Positions 53,760 to 64,000 of a DNA stretch of 64,000 bases are shown in pieces. The stretch spans positions 31,124,001 through 31,188,000 of the forward strand of contig OX597814.1 in the NCBI GenBank assembly GCA_951406725.2, read 5' to 3'. A program made the position numbers and the translations under genes. Positions within the stretch are counted from its first letter, which is position 1, and every line of letters starts with the position of its first letter. Source of the stretch: Octopus vulgaris. Its lineage: Eukaryota. Below the pieces are notes generated by a model. The model saw only the letters and a list, made by a program, of their open reading frames with translations, was not told where the DNA came from and did no database searches.

Positions 53760-55900
53760 ATAAAAGAATACAGAATAAAAGCTAAACAATTCTGGCTGGA
53801 AAAATTCTCAAAGGACATTACTGACCGAATTGGAAGAAGATTCATTATTGAGGGACTAAAACTCGACCTACAAAATAACTTCCTCAACGAAAACACTTGC
53901 AGACAAAAATCGGGGACGGCGATGCGAACAAAGGTAGCCCCTACTTTTGCTAGCCGAATATACGAACACGCCAGACTAAGATTTAGTGACAACTTCCAAA
54001 AATACTTACTCGCCAATTGGACGATTGTTTTAATCTGTGGTCACACAACCTTGGGCAACTCTTAGAATTTAAAAATGTAACTAACAACAATAACCACTGT
54101 ATTCAATTTACAATGGAATACAACAACAAACAGTTACTCTTTCTGGACATTTTAACCATAAAAGTGACACTATCATTGAAACCGACATCTACTTTAAATC
54201 AACGGACTCAAAACAATTTCTACTATTCTCTCCCTGCCACCCAAAGCATACTAAAATCAATACCTTTTTAACTTGGCAAGAAGAATTTGCACGATTGTAT
54301 CAAATCTCGAAACCCGGGATAAACGAATTCAAGAACTTAAAAATATATCACTAGAAAGAATATGCCCAGTTAGTTTAAAGAAAACGTTAAAAAACGACAG
54401 ACATCCAAGAATTACGAATAAATAAATAAAAAACCCATGACACATTTAACTCATTGTTTTACATATCAACAAACAACCCAAGGAATATGGAAGCATACGG
54501 CATCATCCACTAGAATATAACCTACCTGCTGAACGACCTGTGAATGAAAAAAACACTCAAAGCATAAAAATCTTAAAAGTAAAAGTTAATCCAAACCCCT
54601 AAAAAGGTTACTTTCCAGTGCCAAATTACCCACCAAAATTAAAACACCACTAGTCAAAAAATGCAACCGCCTTAACTGCGGGACATGCATCAACCTTATA
54701 GAAGTTTCAACATAAATTTAAGTCAGGTCAAATATTCACCATGAAAAATCACTTCACCTGCGTATGTGTGTGTGTGTGTGTATGTGGAGGACAAATAGGT
54801 TAAACTATCTTAACCTTGTAAGACAGACTGAAGGTATACAGGCAACAAATCTGGGACCGCAAGACCAGGAAAATTCCCGTAAGCAAACACAGATAAATGC
54901 CCCGCAAACATAAACCCGAGATACTAGATTTTTTTCCCTCTCTATCAATGCACTTGAACCACTTCAATCCATTGATTAAGGAAAGCATCCTTGTGAAAAA
55001 ATACAAACCGCAACTAAATATTCTATAATAACACACCAGAAAGAGAAAGCAATTTTTTCCCGAAAAACGACCAGAGACAACAGATATAATTAAAAAAAAT
55101 TAAATAACAGGCTCCCCCAGGGATTCGAAAACCTAACTCCAAATTACTTTACAGTAACACCATACATCGTCTCAACCATCAGTTACTGACGTCATCTCAG
55201 ACAAAACCAATGAAATTTTTCTCTTCTTAAGGGAACCAGCCAACCGGAACGCTAGATGACCATCAGGTAAAAACAAATTACCGAATCCCTACAGGGAGTG
55301 AACCAAACAGAACGCTGAATTTTGCGAATAGTGTTGATCAAAATAAACATTACGAAACTTATAACCAATCGAAACTTGTACCTTGATAGTAGCCGACAAG
55401 GAAAATATTTGTGATCAAAATAAAGGGACGTCACGAAATCTACGACCAATCAGAACTTGTACCTTGACCGTGGTCAACAAGGAATATATGTCCCCAGGAA
55501 GCCAACAAGCCAAAACACTAGACTTTACCAAAACAAAAAAAATATTTTGACCAAAACATCCACGAGAAAATAAGACGTCATGAGAATTATAACTGATCAA
55601 AAATTGGATCCTTTTTCCGTAAAAGAATACTACACGCACCATGACAGAATTTGTAAACTAATTTTTTTTTTCTTTCTCTCCTCCTTTTCCTCTTTCACCT
55701 TCACTTTTTGTTTTTATAAAAACGTAATATAACTGAACTTTTAATAATGCATATCTTTTATGATCTTCACGAAATATTTACGCTTAAATTACTAGTTATC
55801 CCTGTGAATGAAACTCATGAAATTTCTGCAAACATTTGAACATTTGAGCGTTAAAACATCTTCATCTAATTTTTACCTTGTAACTTTAAACTCTCCCAAA
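53760..55900 (+). mobile_element. Decayed Naiad/Neptune-type PLE (RT, GIY-YIG, 3' region)
   Basis: Peptides FWLEKF...FIIEGLKLDLQNN, RQKSGTAMRTKVAPTFA, DDCF, IQFTME..QLLFLDIL, TDIYFKSTDSKQFL...CHPKH, KKCNRLNCGTC and RQQIWD..RKIPVSKH. Confidence 0.8.
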
Positions 55901-56065
55901 ACCGTTCTAATATAATAAATGCGAAACCTAATTTCTGTGTGCCAGCGTCACATTTTGACACCCGCCTCTCATCATTCAATGACACTCCCTCGTGCTGGGG
56001 TGAGAGTAATATTAGGCATAGACATGGTGAGGGCGGTGGCGAAAACAGAGAGAAAGAGAGAGAGG

Positions 56066-56096
<31 letters not shown>

Positions 56097-56348
56097 AAAG
56101 AGAGACAAAGAAAGTTAGGGATAGTTCATGATGCTTTATTAAAAGTAGTAGTGTTCATGGTGACAATGGGAGTAATAATAAGAGAGCGAGAAAGTGTGGC
56201 TATGTGAGAGACATTGGGATATGATGTACAACTCACTTGGACAGAAATTCCTGTAGTCAGCGTACTGAACCAACTACTGGACACTATCATTTTTGTTTTA
56301 TTTTTTGCTTTCCTTAACGCGCACACACACATATACATATACATACAA

Positions 56349-56379
<31 letters not shown>

Positions 56380-56399
56380 CACACACAAACATATATATA

Positions 56400-56798
56400 T
56401 CTTTATATATAAAAGTCAAGTTGTGTGTCTGTCTCCTACGATTTAGATTCCTAACTACTCCCACAGTTTGCGGTGCAGTGTAACCAAAAGCGGGTATCTT
56501 ATAGTCGTGATTCATATCGAGCCCTTCTGGGTATTATTGCGCGTCTTCGATGAGTCTACGATTTTAAAAATAATTTACCATAATTTGTTTCCATTTTAAT
56601 GCATTTTTTCGCTATTATATGAGGGAAGTAACTCTCTAAAAATGTCTACGATGAGTGAACGATTTAAAAAAAAATTATCATAATTTTTTTTCCATTTTTA
56701 ATGCATTTTTTTTTTGCTATTTTTTGGCTATAACTCTCTAAAATGCTTTTATAGTTATTTCCCTTACAAACCCGAGCAACGCCGGGCGATACTGCTAG
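56400..56798 (+). mobile_element. Non-autonomous Helitron
   Basis: TC start, 3' hairpin plus CTAG, A/T insertion site, and an internal tandem duplication (TCTACGATGAGT...TAACTCTCTAAAA). Confidence 0.85.
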
Positions 56799-57132
56799 TT
56801 AATAATATAAGTGTAAATAATTATTAATTTCAAGGTCAATAATTATTTCCGGGTAGATTTCGGTATGGAAATATAACCATTACCGGTAGGAAACTTTTCA
56901 AAAAGTTATATATATATATATATATATATTATATTGAGGGTACTACTATTCGTAGATACCAACACGCTAAGAGGGACCAATGCGGTCAAAACTACTAAAA
57001 ATAAACAAAATTTTACCGAATGCAAAACTTCAAAACACATCATTTTAAAAAAGAATTCAGTTACATATCACATGTGATTTCGCATTTAATGCAGAATATG
57101 CATTTCATGTTCATCAGTGCAACAAACTCAAG

Positions 57133-57166
<34 letters not shown>

Positions 57167-57439
57167 AGGGCAACCAACAGGTTCCTTAGCCACATACCGA
57201 TAAATTAGAAATAGCAGTTAAAGACCGCTTATTTCTATTTTCTACAAATATAACTCCACATATAACATGTACATGTAACTCACATATGTAAGACAGGATG
57301 AAAAAAAAAACGAAAACAAAGTCCTCGGTTAGTTACGGGCGCGTTTCTGGGTCCGTAACTATAAAATACTAGAAAATCAAATGGCAAACGAAGACTTTGA
57401 AGCATATTCTAACTACAGCAAAAGCTTTCGAAGTATCCA

Positions 57440-59890
57440 ACTCCATAGTTACAAAATAGTGTGGACCAAATCATAGTACATGGTTGTACATAAGTGAAGG
57501 CTCTGAATTCAAATTTAAAGATAATTCTTTCTGCAAAATGTAATCTGTGATTCTGTGGAATCAATTCATTGCATTGTTAAACTAGTTCGTCCTTCACTTG
57601 CAACTTCTAACACTCACCTTGCTGTTTAATATTTGATTCTTCTCTTTTTAAAGTTTGTCCAATACTACGTGTGTTCTGTTCGTCTAGGTCTGCATAGATC
57701 TCATCAGCAATCATGCTTGTTGATAATTTCCGTTGCAGTGGTATGAAATTTGCTTGAGATCGCAGCAATTCTCATACTTTTAATACTAATTTATAATACT
57801 CTTGTAATACATCATCTCCCGGTGTTTTAATGTTTTTCAGCAATGATCCTTGCAGTCCACTTCAGTTGAGTATTCTTCAAAAGGTAATTCGAAAGCTTGT
57901 TTTGCTCTGAGCTCCGAGCTGATTGTTTTGATGACGTGGTGTTTTACTCATCATAAATTCATTGCTTTTTAAAATTCTCTCGAACCTGTCTCCTAATTGT
58001 GAATGTCATTCTTGCTCATTATTTTACTCCAAAACCTTCTGCTTCTCTCTGCTTCTTTTGTTTTTGGATTTGGTTTGCAAGATTCTTAATATGAGTTCTT
58101 GTGTTGAAGCATATTCTGTTGTGTCTGGGCAGAGTCATTTTCTTTTTGTGCCTTATAATGTAACACACTCACAGGTAAAATTTTCTCTTATTTCTTATAT
58201 TTATTTTCCTAAAATTTTCGTTGCATCTTGCAACCTTTTCAATAGTCTTGACTCTTATTGTTATTTTGAAAGAACCTGTTCCACGGAAACTGATCAATTC
58301 TATACTCATACCAGTTTACCTTAACTGCCTATTCCCTTAATCTTGTCTTCGGTTCTTCAATTACAGTATTTCAACTCTTTTCCCTTTTTTGCATTGTGTT
58401 TTTTTAGCAATGTTTTAACGACCCCTTCTATCCTTAGAGCTTCTTGTTCAAAGAGCTGCACTTAACATATTTTCTATCTCAAACACCTGATGATGTTTTC
58501 TATCTCGCTCTTCCAACGAAGTATTAGTCTCTCTGTTTGCAGTTTATCTGCATTGAAACCAAGTTGTTTTGTTACTTGTTACATTTGTCTATGTCTATAA
58601 GTTATTTACTCTCAGGAGAGATAACTTCAAATCCCCAATGCCATAGCCAATTTCTTTTCCTTTTTGCTTGACCGACTTTCATATCCTCTAAGTTGGAAAG
58701 GCTTATTATTGCTAATTTTTGCAGATTGGTCCGTCTCATCCAATATTTACATCTCCTTCGACCATCTTGCCACTTTCCCAATTTACCCTCGAGAAAACAT
58801 CACTTTCTTCGGTGTAATAGTTTAACACTTTGTTTCCTGCTTCTCCTCGCTCTCGCGCTCTTTACTTCCCTTCTCTCTTTTTCCTTCTGTCTCGTTCTTC
58901 CTTCCTTCTTTCCTTTCTTCTTCTTTTTCTTCTTCTTCTTCTTCTTCTTCTTTTTCTTTTTCTTCTTCTTTTTCTTCTTTTTCTTCTTCTTTTTCTTCTT
59001 TTTCTTCTTCTTCTTTTTCTTCTTCTTCTTCTTCTTCTTTTTCTTCCTCTTCTTCTTCTTCTTCTTCTTCTTTTTCTTCTTTTTCTTTTTCTTCTTCTTC
59101 TTCTTTTTCTTCTTCTTCTTCTTTTTCTTCTTTTTCTTCTTTTTCTTCTTCTTCTTCTTCTTCTTCTTCTTTTTCTTCTTTTTCTTCTTCTTCTTCTTCT
59201 TTTTCTTCTTTTTTTCTTCTTCTTCTTCTTCTTCTTCTTCTTCTTTTTCTTCTTCTTCTTCTTCTTCTTCTTCTTCTTTTTCTTCTTTTTCTTCTTCTTC
59301 TTCTTCTTCTTTTTCTTCTTTTTCTTCTTTTTCTTCTTCTTCTTCTTCTTCTTCTTCTTCTTCTTCTTCTTCTTCTTCTTCTTCTTCCCTCTCTGTGTGG
59401 ACCGCTTTCACTTAACTTCAACGTTCTTTCCTTCAAGTTTTCTATTTCCTGTTTTAATTTCTCCTACTTCCAGCTTCGATATGTATCCATTATATTTTTA
59501 TAGGTGTCTGATCTACCGTCAGATTCTCTTCTTTCGCTGAAAAACGAAATCTCGTTCCAAATCGCCAACATCCATTTCTTATACCCGCTTTTATTTGGTT
59601 TGGTCATAAAGTATCATATAATTACAGGTTTGTTCAGTTCTGTCGTCAAGTTGGATTCAGCAGGCTTTGTCTCGTATTTACCCTCATGCACTAGTGCAGT
59701 TGTTAGAAATTTTCTTTTATCTCAACTGTGGAATCTTATTTGTTACAATAGGAGACGGTTGAGAGCGATCTGTTCTTATATGATTCAGTTCGTCACTCAA
59801 CACAGCTTCAATTCTAGAACCTCCATTTCTGTTTCGAGGATATCGGTAATATTATCAAGTGTCATTTCACACATAATAAAGTTAGTAATT
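57440..59890 (-). mobile_element. Decayed 5' part of an R4/Dong-type LINE ORF, interrupted by a GAA expansion
   Basis: Minus strand near 59460-59600 reads GYKKWMLAIWNEI...NNGYISKLEVGEIK, resembling the Myb-like N-terminal region of R4/Dong ORFs. Confidence 0.5.
58915..59388. repeat. About 470-bp polypyrimidine (CTT/TTT)n tract
   Basis: Directly visible in the sequence; explains the poly-F/S/L/E/K/R ORFs. Confidence 0.95.
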
Positions 59891-61559
59891 TAGGCTTACA
59901 TTAACACACGTGCTTTTATCAAAATTATTCTTAATTCGAATTCTGCTGTAATCAACTTTATCTTTTAGTGGTTTGAAGTCGATAAAATAAAATACCAGCC
60001 AATGGTATCAACTAACTTCCTTTCTTCAATATACGTAGAATCCAAGCTAAGGATATCTCTGGTGAGGTTTTCCTAGATTTACTTTTCTTCAGCCGTTTTT
60101 GGGGCTGAAATCGTAAACCATTACCTTGCGGATCTATTTAAGTTTCCATTGAAAACCTTCACCACAGCGAACGAGCTTGCGCTTGTTTTGTAACAATTTC
60201 TGATATATATTTTCTGACAAAATTTTTTTCACAAGATGGCCAACACAAGTTTAATATAGTGGAGTTATTTTTCAGAGAAAATTCATTTACCTCTCCTCCT
60301 ACCTCGTACTTGGATGACCTTAGCAATAGTAACGGTAGTCCAGCAAGACATCAATATGGGGCAGTAGCGACACCCATCAGTATGAACCACTACAACTCCA
60401 ACAACAGCGGTAACGAAAAGAAGAAATAACACAATAATCAGCAGACGATGAATATTCTGTTGTTCCATCCACGGAATTGCTGAACTGCCTGTTCATTGAA
60501 TTTAGCGTGTAAGAAAATTTTCAGGAAAACGCATATTCTTCAAGTAATTCTCAGATTGAATCTGTGTAAAATAGTGTGGCAATATGTGGCCGAATAGTCA
60601 AGAAGTTCAGTTCCAAATCATATAATCTCGTAGCGATCCAGTTTCCATGCTGTTTTGAGAAAATGTTATTTCCTATACCCTCGCTTCGACCCATACGATC
60701 TTGGATAATCTGGGTAGACAGAAACTGAACGAAGGCGTGTTGCATGGTGGTCAAAGTATTGGATTCTTGATGGAAAGCTTTTACTTTCGAATCCAACACC
60801 AAGGGGTGCATTGTGTTCCTGAACGAGGCACAAAATTTCATATTTCACCAGCCTACTCACCCTAAAATGGGTCGCAGCCGACTTATAGTGCAATCCTCCA
60901 TCTTTGCACATCTTCGATAATCATCTGGATAACATGGGATAAGCCGAGGAGATATCTGTGTCGACGCGCGACTGCATAGTTATCCAAAACAATTACTGAA
61001 ATCGTATATTCATCTTACACGTCTTTTTTAGCCCAGCGAATATTATTACTACTAAAAGAAATCACTATTTATTTTATCATTTCATTATATGTAAACCCTA
61101 ACATTTTATGTCTGTTTTGTATTGTCCTCCTCATCCTTTGCCCTGGTGGCAAATAAATGAAATCATTATTACTATTTTGCGATTTCTGACCCGCCTCCTG
61201 TAGCAAATTTGGCCTTTATCATTCCAGTATCTATAACATTCAGTATCAATCAACAATTGAAGTCGCTGCAATCGTACTCGAAACAGTCGGTCAGTTGCAT
61301 AACTTTAGAATTATTAGTAAAGCTGGTGCGCTAGATTAATTGTTAAAGTGTTGAAAAAATGCATTACGGTAGTTGTTCCTGTTCATTGCATTGTTATTTC
61401 AAATCCCGCTGAGATCAATTTTTCTTTCATTCCTCCAAAGGTGGATAAAAGTGGATGCCATTCAAGTATTGGTGTCAATGCTATCTTCAGTCCTCCCAAA
61501 AATATTTCGGACTGTCTGCCTAAATCAAAAACAATTCCATACAAGAGCTGTTGCATGCC

Positions 61560-62400
61560 AATTTCATTATTAGAGAAGTTATATGGTTATATTGGGATTT
61601 ACTGCAGATCAACAATACATGTTTCAAGTTCAATATCCAGTAACCTCTTTCGTAGCAATTATTGCGTCTTCCCGAGTACGCAAATCATCAGAGCAACAAT
61701 TTTCACTATTGTGTTCCACAATTTTTACATCTAGCTATGGCCTCATATTTCTAAATTTCCATTGCCATCCATTCTGCTGCCAGCATCAGTGATCTTAGAA
61801 CGTTCATTCTCTCTTAAATGATCATATAAGATTTCCTTGTTTGAGTAGTGTGATCACTTTCTGTAGAGAATCCCATTAATTATTGATCATGACAGATTCT
61901 GGCTCGTGTTCATATCATTACCCTAACTTCAGATGCACAAAATTAGCTAGCACTTCAGGGCCCTCTCTCACCGATACACTCATACCTGCATTTATACTCT
62001 TTTTTGTCAGATTACTGCACTCGCATTGAAGATAGTACGTGTCGTATCTTTCTACACACTCTGCATTGGATGCCTGACTTTTTGAATCTTTGTCTTTCCC
62101 AAAAGCTGTCGTATTCACTTGTTTCTGGGGGCCTATAATTATCAATCCAGTTTCCTGCTTTAGGTTTCGACGTTTCATTAATAAGCAGGTTTTTAAATTC
62201 AAAAGTCCTCGGTTTATTGTATAAATTTGCCAGGTCATTTTTTTTTCTCTTTCTAGCTGCTCGTGCTGTCGTTTTTCTTTCTATTCTAAAAATCTTTTCG
62301 TGATTTTTCGCTTTTTCCGGCCGTAAGTAAGTCTTCTTTATAATGCAACAGTTGTTAAAAACGTAGAATTGCAGCACTGGTGGTGTCCTATGCACGTAAC
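61560..62400 (-). mobile_element. Decayed R4/Dong-type LINE 3' fragment
   Basis: Peptides NLKQETGLIIIGPQKQVNT (compare LK.ETE..I...Q.Q..T), CRVCRK and ECSNL (CCHC knuckle region). Confidence 0.65.
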
Positions 62401-63819
62401 CAATTTCTACGCACTTATTGTTATTATTAATAATAACAATAATATAATAAAATACTATTTATATTATTGTTGTACTTGCTGCTTTAATAGGTTTTCCAAT
62501 TTATTATGCGCTTTAATTGCATAAAGTCACTCTGTTGTGGAACAATAGATACAGTTTGTATTCGTTTATCAGTGTATGCATGTATATTCTTATTGCCTTT
62601 ATATTATTATACAATACATCAGAACATTGTATTGCTATTTTACGTTATCTGCATTTATAGGTCCTGACATTGCCTTTGTATATTTGCAGTTGTTTCTTTC
62701 TTTGAATAGGTTTTATACTGGAGTTTATTTGTGTTTTCTTTCAAACACATCCTGAATAATTCTATTTTAAAACGTTGTATAATTTATCAGATATGGTATC
62801 CATTGGGATCAATGTTTCTATCATGAGGCTTTTTGTGCGATCAGCCTGGATAATAATGCAAATTTGAATTTATTTCTTTGTAAAATAAGAACCATTGCAT
62901 GCCCTAGAGTATGGTCTCTGTAACAGAGATTTGAGAATTCTTTTGTGTATGTTAATACCATCTTTCTTCTGTCAATTTCGTTTCACATACTTCTAAAATT
63001 TGTAACTCTGTCATACCTGCACATATACTCTTATGGCCACCACTGGGCATGCAATAAGATGATCAACACGTTCTCTCTCTCTCTCTCTCTCGAATTTTCT
63101 CTCGATTTTCATAGGTTTGTAATTACTTTTTACGTTCACATTTCTTAGCATGTCAGAAAACTACCGCTATGAATGTTTTGTTCTGTGTAGCTTTGTCCGG
63201 AAACAACTTTAGTCATGTGTTTATGACTTCATATCCGGAATAAACATGCATCACTTCTTGGTATGCATCTCCTTCTGTCTGTCTTATCGAATACTAGAGA
63301 TTAATATGAAACTGCATGCAATTAACGTCTGTACAACTGCTTAATATTGCATACCGTACTCATATATGGATACTTCGTAAGGAACAAAATTACTCTTCGA
63401 AACATGTCATATATTCATTTGGTCTTAGAAAGTCGGGAATTATTAATAATAAAAACTACAAAAAGCAAAAGAAACAGTTATAATAGTTATGTTTCATTTA
63501 TATATTGCTACAAGTACATGATGAATGGATAAAACCTAAATGTAAGAACAAAAACACAGCAGCAATATATGGTATACTTGAAATCTACATCACAAAGTAA
63601 CGATTGCATGGTTACAAACACACCTAGTCAAAAGTGACCAACTGGAATACATTTGGTTTTACGAACAAGATCCAAATCTGTTTTCCTTGTCGTCAAGGAG
63701 TTCAAACAGGAGTTGCAGTTACCACGACTGTAGATAAAGAAACCATATGACAAAATATTTTTAAAAAACCACAAAATGACTACTAACTAAATTTCCGTGT
63801 AGGCAAAGTTATGAATGTG

Positions 63820-64000
63820 TTACTAAGGAGGTTGCTTTGAACCATGAGGCTTCGGATTCATTGTTGCTGCGCAGTATCTTGAGCAAGTGTCTTCTGATGT
63901 GGCCCCTAACCAAGCAATGCTTCGTAATAGAATTTGGTTCAAGGCAGCGAGCTAGCTGAATAGTTAGCACGCCAGGCGAAATGCTTAGCGGTATTTCGTC
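63820..64000 (+). mobile_element. Decayed SINE A head followed by a SINE D head truncated by the window end
   Basis: GAGCAAGTGTCTTCTG motif; then AAGGCAGCGAGCTAGCTGAATAGTTAGCACGCCAGGCGAAATGCTTAGCGGTATTTCG. Confidence 0.6.

Noticed and set aside
55802-55826. CTGTGA-ATGA AAC TCAT-GAAATTTC near the PLE 3' end
   Set aside because: The core lacks one nucleotide and stem I does not pair.

Overview
AT-rich eukaryotic non-genic or intronic DNA, dense in (TA)n, (CA)n, (TATG)n and (TAA)n microsatellites. The SINE and microsatellite landscape most resembles an octopus (cephalopod) genome; this is an inference from repeat style. Most ORF-track entries are microsatellite artefacts. The only long intact ORF (10079-12188) is a 5'-truncated Penelope-like retroelement (PLE) with RT and a C-terminal GIY-YIG endonuclease, Hydra-clade-like. 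It sits in a (TA)n tract and has a well-formed hammerhead ribozyme (HHR) in its 3' end. HHR cores recur in short non-coding, microsatellite-embedded elements: 2502-2606, 39231-39283 (inside a 558-bp unit with 162-bp direct repeats), decayed at 27890, and a CUGUNGA variant at 1914 and 39696. Together these suggest a PLE plus retrozyme-like non-autonomous system targeting (TA)n. Also present: two decayed Naiad/Neptune-type PLEs, four R4/Dong-type RLE LINE fragments, RTE and CR1/L2 fragments, four tRNA-SINE families, three non-autonomous Helitrons, MITE/foldback elements, a locally templated inverted insertion, and two weak candidate host exons.
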